From: an uncultured Planctomycetia bacterium
Lineage (GTDB): Bacteria > Omnitrophota > Gorgyraeia > Duberdicusellales > 4484-171
DNA length: 64,000 nt
Reading direction: 5' to 3'
Assembly: GCA_964629655.1 (NCBI GenBank)
Contig: CAZVQU010000001.1
Coordinates: forward strand, 292,056 to 356,055
This document shows positions 39,500 to 49,616 of the stretch, piece by piece. Each line of letters begins with the position of its first letter. The stretch's first letter is position 1. Made by a program: the position numbers and the translations under genes. Under the pieces are notes generated by a model. That model saw nothing but the letters and a program-made list of their open reading frames with translations, was not told the DNA's origin and searched no databases.

Positions 39500-40424
39500 T
39501 CTCTATCTCCTTAAGCCCGGATATTAAATTGTTAACTGCTTTAATTTCCATAGACTTCCGACACTCCGCGGTATACGAGCCTACATGAGGTGTCAAGATA
39601 ACTTGAGGATATTTTCTCAGAAGCCCGGAATAGGGCTCACAGTTAAAAGTATCTATCCAAGCTCCTTTAATTTTCCCCTCCTCTAATGCCCGCGCTAAGG
39701 CTTCTTCATTGACCGAACTTCCCCGGGCAGCATTTAATAAAAAAGTCCCTTTTTTAATAAGCTCAAATTCATCTTTGCCGATAATCTCGCCCGCGCCGCT
39801 GGAATGAACTGTAATTACGTCTGCCTGAGAAAGCGCCTTATTAAGCGGAAATACTTCAATTCCCTCTATGTTTTCCTGTAAGTTAGGGTCAACAGCAATA
39901 ACATTGGCACCAAAACCCTTCAGTAGCTCGGCAACCCTTCTGCCAATGCGGCCAAAACCAACGATTGCGACTGTCTTGCCTTTAATCTGGACACCAATCC
40001 TCTTTTTCCACTCACCTTGATGTAAATCTTTATCCATCTGAGGAATCATCCTCAACAAACTAAGTAAAGCTCCTAAGGTTAACTCGGCAACAGCATCAAC
40101 CGGGGCACGGGGAGTTGAATATACTTTAATCCCCAAATCCTTCGCGGCTTCTAAATCAACATTTGACATGCCCGACCCGCAACGGGAAATTACCTTTAAT
40201 TTTGTTTTTCCCAAAACATCACGGCTAAGCGGCTCCAACCCGGCAATAAGCCCTGTTACCTTATCCGACAAAAGTTCCAACAGTTCCTCTTTGGTTAATC
40301 TACGCTTATAAGGATTTTCAATAATTTCACAGCCTTCTCCCGCCAAATAAATCAAAGGAGCCCGATCCTGAACCCCGAATGTAGAAGGTCCTAACAAAAC
40401 TTTTACGCCTCCTAGCTGCTTCAT
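39489..40424 (-). CDS. D-isomer-specific 2-hydroxyacid dehydrogenase (SerA/GyaR-like)
   Basis: TVAIVGFGRIGRRVAELLKGFGANVIAVD (GxGxxGxxxA NAD site), catalytic LTPHVGSYT. Confidence 0.75.
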   Translation of the reverse strand: MKQLGGVKVLLGPSTFGVQDRAPLIYLAGEGCEIIENPYKRRLTKEELLELLSDKVTGLIAGLEPLSRDVLGKTKLKVISRCGSGMSNVDLEAAKDLGIKVYSTPRAPVDAVAELTLGALLSLLRMIPQMDKDLHQGEWKKRIGVQIKGKTVAIVGFGRIGRRVAELLKGFGANVIAVDPNLQENIEGIEVFPLNKALSQADVITVHSSGAGEIIGKDEFELIKKGTFLLNAARGSSVNEEALARALEEGKIKGAWIDTFNCEPYSGLLRKYPQVILTPHVGSYTAECRKSMEIKAVNNLISGLKEIENVA

Positions 40425-40454
40425 TTCTTTCTCCCTATTAATCCGCTAAAAAAC

Positions 40455-41375
40455 CTACTCTTCAATTAATCTCTGTTCTCGATAATATTTGACCCACTCA
40501 TTGAAATGATTTACCCCCATCAAAAGCCCTTCGGCGTCACATAAATTACAGGGAGGAAAATTACGATTTTCTTTAGCAAGATTGATTCGAACTTTCTTTA
40601 AAATATCATTATTCCAAATTTCCAAAATTGAATCGCTATTAACATTTCCAACAATTAGCTTCCTACCCCAATCATGAGTGCATAGAAGAACCCGCCCTTC
40701 ATAGTCAACGAAGGTTTGATAAAAAGGGTGGTGACAAGCCCGTTTAGCCGGTTTTTCAACCGCGTTTATGCCAATATCTTTATTTTCCAATGTCCCAGCC
40801 CGATTAGTAAGCGTAATGCCATAATGTCCTTCCGGCGACAACCACCGCGCTCTCAGAACAACCCGATTATCTCCTAACCCTGTTTGCCTCTTTAAGTTAT
40901 TAAAATGCTCCTTCTGATGAGGGCCGTCGTACATGCTAATACAGATTGCGTCAAGCCCAGCAGCGAACAAATCAAGGAGCCTTTCCGAAGTTAACAAGTC
41001 TCCGTTAGTTATAACTTCTACACGCGCCCCAGGACAGTAATGCTTAGAGAGGGCGATAAGTTTTCCAATGTTTTCATGAAGTAACGGTTCGCTGAAAGCT
41101 GAATAGTGAATAATCCCATCAAAATCTACCCTTTTAAGATCTTTCATAATCTTCTCATAAAGTTCTACAGGCATATACTTGTTAGTATTAGGAAAAATCT
41201 TGGGGTCGTTTCGGGGACAAAAAATACACTTGCGATTGCATAATCCTGAAATATCAAACTCGATTATCGAAAATAACGGAGGTATATTGGCGGCTGCTTT
41301 TCCCTGTTGATAAATATCCAGCAATCTGCTCTTTCTGCCTATATCGGGATCAAAAAATCTACATTTTTTCTCCAT
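40455..41375 (-). CDS. Radical SAM enzyme with SPASM/twitch-like C-terminal Cys cluster
   Basis: CNRKCIFC (CxxxCxxC); C-terminal CHHPFYQ...CTHDW...CNLC cysteines. Confidence 0.65.
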   Translation of the reverse strand: MEKKCRFFDPDIGRKSRLLDIYQQGKAAANIPPLFSIIEFDISGLCNRKCIFCPRNDPKIFPNTNKYMPVELYEKIMKDLKRVDFDGIIHYSAFSEPLLHENIGKLIALSKHYCPGARVEVITNGDLLTSERLLDLFAAGLDAICISMYDGPHQKEHFNNLKRQTGLGDNRVVLRARWLSPEGHYGITLTNRAGTLENKDIGINAVEKPAKRACHHPFYQTFVDYEGRVLLCTHDWGRKLIVGNVNSDSILEIWNNDILKKVRINLAKENRNFPPCNLCDAEGLLMGVNHFNEWVKYYREQRLIEE

Positions 41376-42917
41376 TTAGCTATTTCCTTTCTCAGATATA
41401 CGTTTAAAATCCCATTTTGATTCTTTTTCAGTAATACGATAGAATATTCGTTTCAAGATGTTAAAAACGCTATTGGCTAAAAAGGTTTCCCCTTCGGCTA
41501 TTCTTATCAATCCGTAGTAAATTTTGGGGAGCTTAAAATATAATTGAAAAGTCCGGAATAGGCCTCGAAGTTCTTTGTTGGAAATTTGATTAAGGTCAAG
41601 GCACGATTCCGCTCTATAAACATTTTCATACTCTTTTTCTTTAATAGGGTCGAAAAGTTTTTCTTTTATACACAAATCTCTCAGCTCAGTGCCTCGATAA
41701 GGATGGAAAAAAGTAAGAGTAGTAGTCGTTGGCTTTGCCTGCCTGTTGAGTTCTATAGTTTCAAATATCTCCTTTCTCGTTTCGTAAGGTATGCCGATCA
41801 TGTCAAAGGTTGAACTGCGTATTTTATATTTACGCGCTAAGCCGATTACCCGGACAACCTGCTCATTCTTATAATTTCTTCCCAAAACATTTCTTCTTAC
41901 CTTTGGGCTGCCGGATTCTAACCCTACGCATATGTTGCGACATCCTGCTTCAACAATTTTAGAGAATTGTTCTTCTTTTATGAGTTCAGGATGTAAATTT
42001 ATAGTAAAGGGGAGACCAACGTGTTTCTTGTAAAGCTTGCAAAAATTCTCAGCTACTTCATGTTTGTGGAGGGGGAAAAGATCATCAAAAAACATATTAA
42101 AATTCAGATTGTATTTTTCCTTGAAGAATGCCATCTCCTGAACCAATAACTCGGTTCTTTTTATTCTATAATATTCGCCTTTATCTTTATAAATCTGAGA
42201 CTTGGCGCGATTTGCACAATATTTACAAGGAAACAAACATCCGCGGGTCATTCCAAAATGGCCTATTCTGTATATTTTACCGGCTAATGGTTTTAAAATG
42301 TGGCGTTCATCAAAAATGCTCCAATCCGGACGTAGAATCTTATTAATGTCAAGCAATGGCCTTACTTCATTTTTGTAAATTTTTCCGTTTTCTTTAATCC
42401 ATAAATTCTTTATATCCTTAATGTCTCTTTTTTGCTCTATATTATTGCAGAGCTCCGTTAAGGCCTCTTCTCCTTCGCCTCTGCACACGATATCCACGCA
42501 ATCCTCGGCAATCACCTCCTCAGGAGCAAAGGTAGCGGTTGGCCCACCTACCACCGTTACGATATCTTTATATTTTTTTCTAATTTCTCTCAACAATTCT
42601 AAGCTAAAGCTGTAATTGGGGTCGACAACGCTAGCGGCAATTATATCAGGTTTGAATAACTCTATTTCACGTTCAAACTCAACAACAGGATCCGCGTCTC
42701 TCTCTACTAATCCGTATTTTTTTAAATCCGGATTACGTACCTGTAAAGCTGAAGCACGTAACTCTTCGTCGTTCTGAATATTGCCGCATTTAATAAACGT
42801 CGTGTCGAACAACTTGACCTGGTGGCCGTCTCTCTTTAGATACGCTGATAGATAACAAACGCCAACCGGTACGCGCGTTATCATTACTTTGTTGGGATAT
42901 AAAAAAAGAACTCTCAT
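41376..42917 (-). CDS. Cobalamin-binding (class B) radical SAM enzyme
   Basis: N-terminal B12-binding-like region (MRVLFLYPNKVMITRVPVGVCYLSAYLKRDGHQV), GMTRGCLFPCKYC radical SAM motif; 513 aa. Confidence 0.75.
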   Translation of the reverse strand: MRVLFLYPNKVMITRVPVGVCYLSAYLKRDGHQVKLFDTTFIKCGNIQNDEELRASALQVRNPDLKKYGLVERDADPVVEFEREIELFKPDIIAASVVDPNYSFSLELLREIRKKYKDIVTVVGGPTATFAPEEVIAEDCVDIVCRGEGEEALTELCNNIEQKRDIKDIKNLWIKENGKIYKNEVRPLLDINKILRPDWSIFDERHILKPLAGKIYRIGHFGMTRGCLFPCKYCANRAKSQIYKDKGEYYRIKRTELLVQEMAFFKEKYNLNFNMFFDDLFPLHKHEVAENFCKLYKKHVGLPFTINLHPELIKEEQFSKIVEAGCRNICVGLESGSPKVRRNVLGRNYKNEQVVRVIGLARKYKIRSSTFDMIGIPYETRKEIFETIELNRQAKPTTTTLTFFHPYRGTELRDLCIKEKLFDPIKEKEYENVYRAESCLDLNQISNKELRGLFRTFQLYFKLPKIYYGLIRIAEGETFLANSVFNILKRIFYRITEKESKWDFKRISEKGNS

Positions 42918-43996
42918 CTTAATGTTGCCTCCTCTTCTTCACCTTTCTTGCTATCTAAATTAGAAATATTATAAGCGTTACGCCATTGAGCATCAGCATA
43001 ATAAATGCGATAGACGAGTTTCATAGTCTCCAAAGCATCTTTACTGCCGCCGGACTTAATTTTTGTTCCTTTTGCTATAACATCAGCAAATTCGTAAATC
43101 TCATCCCGCCAAGAATTATCCTCTAGGTATGATATGACCTCCTCCTGTAAAGTGCCTACGGCAGAATCACACCTTCTCCCAACAGCAAGCTTCTCGCCGC
43201 CGTAACTTTTAGAACCGCTAAGAATGCCTCGCAGTTCCAGATACCCTTCAGTTAAAGTTATGTGCAGAGTAAACCGATGCTGCCACTGGGTGGCGGTAGA
43301 GTGCAGCATTGCAATTCGGCCCTTAGTGTCTCGCATGAGGGCAAAAGCGTTATCCTCTACATCGTGATGCCAATAATTATTAGAAACATAACTTTTCACC
43401 TCCAAAAACTCTCCACAAAACAACCTCATCAAATCAACCATATGAATACCCTGGTCAAGCAATATCCCTCCGCCGGAAAATTTGCGTTCGGCGCGCCACT
43501 CTCCGGTAAAAGGAATCATTGTGCTTTTACCGTAAACACCGCGTAGGTTAACAATTTCACCGAGCTCACCGGACTTAACTATTCGCAAAGCTTCCCGTAC
43601 AGAGTTGTGATAACGATGGTTAAATCCGTACTTTAGCAACAAGCCCGCACGCTTTTTCTCAACTTCTATTACCCGTTCAACGTCGGAAACATTTCGTCCC
43701 GGGGGCTTTTCACAAAATACATGCAGACCGCGCTCTAAGGCAGCAATAGTAACATCGGCTGCCAGATAATTCGGCAAGGAAACAAATAAAATGTCCAATG
43801 GTTGCTCTAAGAGCTGACGATAGTCAGAAAAACAATGCACTCCATCAGGCCTAACGCCGTGCTCGAGAAATTCCCGGTCACAGACTGCTACGGTCTGTAA
43901 TCCCGGGTGTTGGTCTATATAATGGCGGCGGCGCTTACCTACCACCCCAAATCCGGCAATTCCAACTTTTAATTTCTCTTTGTTTCTCATAGCCAT
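42914..43996 (-). CDS. Gfo/Idh/MocA-family NAD(P)-dependent oxidoreductase (sugar or sugar-nucleotide dehydrogenase)
   Basis: LKVGIAGFGVVGKRR..., EKP motif region (HVFCEKPPG), about 360 aa. Confidence 0.7.
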   Translation of the reverse strand: MAMRNKEKLKVGIAGFGVVGKRRRHYIDQHPGLQTVAVCDREFLEHGVRPDGVHCFSDYRQLLEQPLDILFVSLPNYLAADVTIAALERGLHVFCEKPPGRNVSDVERVIEVEKKRAGLLLKYGFNHRYHNSVREALRIVKSGELGEIVNLRGVYGKSTMIPFTGEWRAERKFSGGGILLDQGIHMVDLMRLFCGEFLEVKSYVSNNYWHHDVEDNAFALMRDTKGRIAMLHSTATQWQHRFTLHITLTEGYLELRGILSGSKSYGGEKLAVGRRCDSAVGTLQEEVISYLEDNSWRDEIYEFADVIAKGTKIKSGGSKDALETMKLVYRIYYADAQWRNAYNISNLDSKKGEEEEATLR

Positions 43997-44015
43997 CCTC
44001 CCCTATTAAGCACCT

Positions 44016-45236
44016 TTATGAAGATGATAAAGATAAAATAAATTGACTGATACGTTCGCATGCTTTACCATCCAAACGCGGATAAATCAGGCTCTTTAAT
44101 TGCCTACGCTTCATTTGATATTGGTCATTTCCTCTAATAAAAATATCTCCTATATAATCAAGCACTTCGGGCCAATTACGAGCTTTTGGCCCAGGAAGGT
44201 CATTATCATAGTCAACAAAAAAGCCATGCTCTTTTCGATAACCTTCATAATCAAACTTAGCGAAAACAAAAGGTTTATCATAAATCAAGAAGTCAGCAAA
44301 AAGAGATGAATAATCGGTAATGAGAAGGTCGGTTTTGCTAAGAATCTTGTTTATTTCATCGCCGGAATAACTAAAACTTTTTATATTATTGTAACCGTTG
44401 AAGTTGGGAATTTTTTGTCGCTTTGGCGTATTGGGATGAAAACCAATAGCAATGATTGCCTTAATTTCTTCTAATAACTGATCTAACGCTTTCAAATCAA
44501 AACCAAACTTGAATATGCTAAACATAGAGTCACTTCTCCATGTAGGCAGCAAAAAAAGGCGCCTCCTGCCAGTCGCACAAAAGGCTGCATAATCTTTGTC
44601 TCGATTCAAAGCAACATTGTCGCTGCCAGGATCAAGGAGAAGGTCGGTTTTGGGAGTGCCTGTTGGAATGATTCTATCGTCGCTGATTTTGTAGTGGTGT
44701 TTGGTTGCGGCAAAAGTAAATTTCGATGATGTTATCGCGTAGTCGGGCTTAATCAGATAAGCATATGAATTGCGCAAATAGTTATAGATTTTCCAGAAAA
44801 GAGAACAGCGTAACGACAAACTCATATCCTTTATAGGGTAAATAGCGTGATCTAAGTTAATCATTATGCCTCCCCGGGAGACAAATTCATTCACGTCTCT
44901 AATGCCATGGGTAACAATGAAATATTTAGCCCTTAAAGTTATCAGCATTCCCCTCAGGCTATAGGCATAATAAGCGTCGATATTGTCTTCTCGCAGCTTA
45001 AGGCTCAGGCTGTAATCTTTAGTTATCCATACCGCGCGAATATCAGAATAGTTATTTTTCACATAAAAATATAAATGCTTACTGTTTCCTCTGAACTTTC
45101 TGCCGTTCCAGCATCCAAAAAGCCAAATTTTTGAATCTCTGGGAAAGAAACCGGAGAAAAAATACAAAATATAAGAAAGCATTTGCAGGAATATACAAAA
45201 TAGAGTAATTATGTATTTTTTTGTTATTAACAGCAT
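44016..45236 (-). CDS. CDP-glycerol (or related CDP/CMP-alcohol) glycerophosphotransferase, TagB/TagF family
   Basis: N-terminal TM, KIWLFGCWNGRKFRGNSKHLYFYV (the TagB/TagF W.FG...NSKYLY signature) and C-terminal LLITDYSSLFADFLIYDKPFVF (ITDYSS block). Confidence 0.7.
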   Translation of the reverse strand: MLLITKKYIITLFCIFLQMLSYILYFFSGFFPRDSKIWLFGCWNGRKFRGNSKHLYFYVKNNYSDIRAVWITKDYSLSLKLREDNIDAYYAYSLRGMLITLRAKYFIVTHGIRDVNEFVSRGGIMINLDHAIYPIKDMSLSLRCSLFWKIYNYLRNSYAYLIKPDYAITSSKFTFAATKHHYKISDDRIIPTGTPKTDLLLDPGSDNVALNRDKDYAAFCATGRRRLFLLPTWRSDSMFSIFKFGFDLKALDQLLEEIKAIIAIGFHPNTPKRQKIPNFNGYNNIKSFSYSGDEINKILSKTDLLITDYSSLFADFLIYDKPFVFAKFDYEGYRKEHGFFVDYDNDLPGPKARNWPEVLDYIGDIFIRGNDQYQMKRRQLKSLIYPRLDGKACERISQFILSLSSS

Positions 45237-45292
45237 GCTTTAAATATTAAAATATCTTTACTATCGTTTCAAATTTGTTTTGCTTCATATCC

Positions 45293-46084
45293 TTAACAAT
45301 TTACATCCTTGTAATTTGCTATCAGGCTATCGTTCTCCATAAAACGTTCTACTCTTTTTAAATCTTCTAAAGTATCTACGCTATAAGTTTCGGACTCTGT
45401 GGGGACCATCTTAACCCTGTATCCATTCCCCAAAACCCTTAACATATCTATAGATTCAATCACTTCAAGCGGTGTCGAAGGAAGATTATTAAACTTAATT
45501 AAAAAATCCCTGCGAAAAGGATCTATGGAAATCTGTTTATTCATAGGTATTTCCTTCGAGTATTTTTTTCGTGAAGGAATAGGCTCTCTTGAAAAATAAA
45601 GCGCGAAATTATCTTTATCAACCACAACCTTAACAGCGTTAGGATCCTGATGCTCTTTGAGAGACCTTATCGGCGCCATAAGGTTTACAACTACCACAGC
45701 ATCGTTTTCTAACATAGGCTTGACTGCTTGATTTATCATTTCCGGATAAACCATAGGCTCATCTCCTTGAACCATTACTACTATATCTATCCTTTCTTTC
45801 GTAGCCTCTTCTATTTTTAACATAGCTTCAGCGGTTCTATCGGAGGCCCGCTGATGTGTATCTTTAGTCATCACCACTTTCATATTATTCTGAATACAAT
45901 ACTCCTCTATCTCTCTATCGCAGGTAGCAATATAAACATCACAAAGCATACCTGCCATTTTACTTCTAAAATAGACATGCTCAATCATAGGAATCCCGCA
46001 GATCTTAGCAAGAGGCTTGCCGGGAAACCGCATTGAAGCCATTCGAGCAGGAATAATGCCGATTATATTCATTTTATCTTTCAT
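45293..46084 (-). CDS. kdsB: 3-deoxy-manno-octulosonate cytidylyltransferase homologue (CMP-Kdo synthetase family, KdsB/KpsU-like)
   Basis: IGIIPARMASMRFPGKPL, VMVQGDEPMV, NAVKVVVDKDNFALYFSREPIP, VLGNGYRV and VDTLEDLKRVE all line up with the conserved blocks of E. coli KdsB (IIPARYASTRLPGKPL / VQGDEPM / NAVKVV..ALYFSR..IP / YGYR / VDTPEDLERV). Confidence 0.8.
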   Translation of the reverse strand: MKDKMNIIGIIPARMASMRFPGKPLAKICGIPMIEHVYFRSKMAGMLCDVYIATCDREIEEYCIQNNMKVVMTKDTHQRASDRTAEAMLKIEEATKERIDIVVMVQGDEPMVYPEMINQAVKPMLENDAVVVVNLMAPIRSLKEHQDPNAVKVVVDKDNFALYFSREPIPSRKKYSKEIPMNKQISIDPFRRDFLIKFNNLPSTPLEVIESIDMLRVLGNGYRVKMVPTESETYSVDTLEDLKRVERFMENDSLIANYKDVNC

Positions 46085-46091
46085 GCCATAA

Positions 46092-47033
46092 CTATTCCCA
46101 GGAATCCTTTCTTGCCCAATCTACCGATTTAAAAGCACGAAGTATTCCCTGTAAATAAGAAATAATCCTGCCTCTACCTTTAAAGGCGGGGATTTTTAAA
46201 ACAGGTTTACTTAAACCTGCGATTATTGACTCGATTCTTTTTTTCTTCTCACAGCTTAATCGCCCTTTTTGGCAAAAATAACTTACAAGTTCTGTTGCAA
46301 AATCATACTTTTTGTACGCCACCGACGCTATAATTGGCGGGCCAATATGGGTAGGAACTGAATTCGCGCCAATGTAGTCTTTAAAGTATATAGCATCGGC
46401 AAAGATGATCTGTCCTCTACCCTTCTGATGACGCAAATTTCTTTTCCAATAGGCCGGCCTTAAATCAAATAAGCTAAAACCGGCACCTCTCAAATAAGAA
46501 TCAACATCAGCAAACAATGGTTGTTCTTTGTAAAGCTCGGAAAATCCAACTTCAACTTCTAAGCCACAGACATTATCCAAAACTTTAGCGCCGCCCTTCA
46601 AAATATTCAACTCATAACCGTCAGTGTCAATTTTGATGAAATCAGCTTTATCAGCTAAGGGAGTATTATCTAAACTATTAGCATCCATAAAGACTTCCCT
46701 CAATGAATCAAAACGTTCACTGAAAGGAAATCTATTAAAAAATTCGGGATCGAGCCTCAGGCAAGATGCGTTCTTGTTATTTGGGGCTACAAAAAATTTT
46801 AACCGGCAAGGTTTTTCGGCTAGGCAATAATTATAATAGGTAACATTCTTACGTTTTTTTGCGTCAGTTAAATTTCTGAATTCTTCCTCGCTCGGCTCAA
46901 AACCTATTACAGATAAACGGTCGCCCAACATGCTCCATTTTTGATCAAAACCGCCCGCGGCGCCAATGTCAATAAATACAAATTTTTCTAAATTTAACAA
47001 ATCATAAAGTTCTTTTAATTTTTTGCTGCTCAT
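46092..47033 (-). CDS. FkbM-family SAM-dependent methyltransferase
   Basis: FVFIDIGAAGGFDQ matches the FkbM DIGAN.G SAM-binding motif; 313 aa. Confidence 0.6.
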   Translation of the reverse strand: MSSKKLKELYDLLNLEKFVFIDIGAAGGFDQKWSMLGDRLSVIGFEPSEEEFRNLTDAKKRKNVTYYNYCLAEKPCRLKFFVAPNNKNASCLRLDPEFFNRFPFSERFDSLREVFMDANSLDNTPLADKADFIKIDTDGYELNILKGGAKVLDNVCGLEVEVGFSELYKEQPLFADVDSYLRGAGFSLFDLRPAYWKRNLRHQKGRGQIIFADAIYFKDYIGANSVPTHIGPPIIASVAYKKYDFATELVSYFCQKGRLSCEKKKRIESIIAGLSKPVLKIPAFKGRGRIISYLQGILRAFKSVDWARKDSWE

Positions 47034-47036
47034 TCT

Positions 47037-47819
47037 TTACCCCCGGATTTTGGCTGTTACTTTTGCTAACTCTTCTTTGCATTTAGCTCCTAAAAAAAGA
47101 GCGTCGAAGCTAAAAGCGACAAACTTGTAGCCTCTATCTACGTATTCTAAAACTTTTTTATAGTCTGGAGGGACAGAATGAATCCCCATTGGTTTATTAA
47201 GCTTATTACAGATTTCCTCATATCTTCGCAGAGCTGCCTTTACTTCCGGACGCTCAAATTCTCCCGGGTACCCCAAAGAAGCAGATAAATCATAGGGCCC
47301 TATTATGCTTGCGTCAACCCCATCTGTATCCAAGATTTGTTCCAGATTGTCTATTGCTTTTATATGTTCAATCTGGACTATTACAATGCTACCAGAATCA
47401 ACCCACTTTTTATATTCTTCAAATTTCAAACCATATCCTTGAGCCCTGGCTAAACCCACACCTCGATTACCTATAGGAGGATATTTTACAGAGTTTACAG
47501 CTCTGATAGCCTCCTCCTTTGTGTTTATCATAGGCACAATTACACCGCGCGCGCCAGCATCCATAACCCTTTTTATAAGATTAGGGTCATTCTCACCAAC
47601 CCTAACCATAGGGATAACCCCGGCTAAGTCTACAACCTGGATAATATTCTTAGCCTCAGCTAAGGTAATTGCCGAATGTTCCATATCTACACAAAGCCAG
47701 TCAAATCCAAGTTTTGCCATAATTTCGGCTATGCAAGTATCACCAATGGTTATCCAAGACCCAATAGTTAACTTCCCTGAGCTTAGACACTGTTTGAGAT
47801 TTTTATTTACACTCGACAT
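47037..47819 (-). CDS. HpcH/HpaI-family class II (metal-dependent) pyruvate aldolase
   Basis: TIGSWITIGDTCIAEIMAKLGFDWLCVDMEHS...VMPMVRV...PMINTKEEA TIM-barrel pattern typical of HpcH/HpaI/citrate-lyase-beta family. Confidence 0.65.
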   Translation of the reverse strand: MSSVNKNLKQCLSSGKLTIGSWITIGDTCIAEIMAKLGFDWLCVDMEHSAITLAEAKNIIQVVDLAGVIPMVRVGENDPNLIKRVMDAGARGVIVPMINTKEEAIRAVNSVKYPPIGNRGVGLARAQGYGLKFEEYKKWVDSGSIVIVQIEHIKAIDNLEQILDTDGVDASIIGPYDLSASLGYPGEFERPEVKAALRRYEEICNKLNKPMGIHSVPPDYKKVLEYVDRGYKFVAFSFDALFLGAKCKEELAKVTAKIRG

Positions 47820-47877
47820 AATCTTACTCCCCCTACTTTTAAAGATTAAATAACTTTCATCAAAATTAAACAGGTAT

Positions 47878-48639
47878 TTATAAAAATATATCTATGGGCA
47901 AATTAAATTCGGTTTTAATACTTTGTTCTTCTCTATCGATAATAGGTGTTCTTTTTTGAATATAAAATACAGCAAAAATTAACTTCTTAAATAGTGTTAC
48001 AGCGGTCTTTGGAGAAAGGCCCCAATATCCATACGCGCCGACTAATTGAGGGGAAGGCTTTAGCCCTTCTATCATTCCAAGAACATCTTTAAAATTGAAT
48101 ACTACATAATTAGCGATTTCGCAATTACTCTTTTTCCCTGAGAAATCAATATGCTGATAACTTTCTCTTATGTCATTGATCCCTCTTTCTTTTGTAATCC
48201 TCAATGAAATAATAAAATACCCTCCAGGCTTTACCCTATCCCAACAATAATTAATTATTTTGCCAGTCTCTATATTCCAATCAGCGCAGCTCAATGAGGC
48301 CACCACATCATAACTTTTGTTTAATTTCTGTTTTAAAATATCACCGGCAATAAACTTTACCGGCATTGATAATTTCTGATTATTCCGGGCCCACTCGATG
48401 GCATTTTTATTAATGTCAATGCCGGTATAAGAATCGAAAATAAACTTCTCGCTCAATGCCGCTCCCAGTCCCCCGCAGGCACATCCGACATCCAAAATAT
48501 CACCAAATGTTTTTCTGAAACCCGCGATTTTATTGAATACCCATCTCTCGGAAGGATAAAATTCCTCCCATTTCTGCCTATGGGAGCTGAAAAAATCCTG
48601 AATCTGCTGTGACTTATATTCAATATTCTTGTTGCCCAT
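47878..48639 (-). CDS. Class I SAM-dependent methyltransferase
   Basis: ILDVGCACGGLGAAL (motif I GxGxG). Confidence 0.6.
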   Translation of the reverse strand: MGNKNIEYKSQQIQDFFSSHRQKWEEFYPSERWVFNKIAGFRKTFGDILDVGCACGGLGAALSEKFIFDSYTGIDINKNAIEWARNNQKLSMPVKFIAGDILKQKLNKSYDVVASLSCADWNIETGKIINYCWDRVKPGGYFIISLRITKERGINDIRESYQHIDFSGKKSNCEIANYVVFNFKDVLGMIEGLKPSPQLVGAYGYWGLSPKTAVTLFKKLIFAVFYIQKRTPIIDREEQSIKTEFNLPIDIFL

Positions 48640-48694
48640 TTAAAATGTCCTCTTCCCTTTATCTATCATTACCGTAAAGGATACATCCATACTA

Positions 48695-49579
48695 TTATAT
48701 AAATTTTCTTTTAAAATCTGCAAAGACTTCCCGATATAAAGTAGTATCTCTCTCCAAGATAACTCCCCAAAATCCCTCGAAATCTATCTCTCTCATAAAC
48801 ATTCTCAGAAATCCGCTTAGAAAAGGTATCCAGCGGGGATACTGATAATAAATTTGCTCATGGATAATCTTCCACCCTGTATAATTCATAAGCAGTTTCC
48901 AATCTTCCGGATTCAATTCAAAGATATGTTCATTCTCTACTACCTTATGACTCTTTTTCCTCTTACGCATAGAAGACAACCCAACACGGCTTTTTCGCAA
49001 ATAAGGCACTGTTACTGCTATTCTGTTACACTTTAGATTCTTGCCTAATCGCTTAAGAAAATCTATCGGGTTATGCAGATGCTCTATTATCTGAAAAAGA
49101 ATAACCAAATCAATCTTCCTATCCCCTAATGTAAAATCCTCCCCATTACACAAAACGGCCTTATGTCCCTGAGCTTTAATTTTTTCTACTGAAATTGAGT
49201 CGCAGTTAACGCTGATGGAATCAATATTGAATACGCCATCAGTAAGCCCTTCGAGATACCGCAGGTGCGTACGCGCTGAATCTCCAATATCCACAATGGT
49301 CAACTCACCGGCAGGAAATCCTTTCAGCGCCTTAAGCATTAAAGAACATTGAAAGGCGTGCTGGATGCGTAGTTTAGTCTCCCAGAAGCTGTTGAAATCC
49401 AGAGGACAAGAGTATTGGTTGGAGATATCCGGCTTTATCCTCTGCAGTTTTCTTATGATTTCTCTATAGTTATTCTGAAACAAGGTCAATCGAAGAGAGA
49501 ATTTGGCTATCCCCTGAATAAAAGCTTTGATATCAACACCAATTGTTCTTAGAATTTTTTTGACGATTAATTTAAGCAT
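48695..49579 (-). CDS. Class I SAM-dependent methyltransferase (probable)
   Basis: LTIVDIGDSARTHL (motif I-like), DLVILFQIIEHLHNP (typical post-motif II/III EH block). Confidence 0.5.
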   Translation of the reverse strand: MLKLIVKKILRTIGVDIKAFIQGIAKFSLRLTLFQNNYREIIRKLQRIKPDISNQYSCPLDFNSFWETKLRIQHAFQCSLMLKALKGFPAGELTIVDIGDSARTHLRYLEGLTDGVFNIDSISVNCDSISVEKIKAQGHKAVLCNGEDFTLGDRKIDLVILFQIIEHLHNPIDFLKRLGKNLKCNRIAVTVPYLRKSRVGLSSMRKRKKSHKVVENEHIFELNPEDWKLLMNYTGWKIIHEQIYYQYPRWIPFLSGFLRMFMREIDFEGFWGVILERDTTLYREVFADFKRKFI

Positions 49580-49616
49580 AATTTGTTAATCCAAACTAAT
49601 AAAACACAAACGCGGC

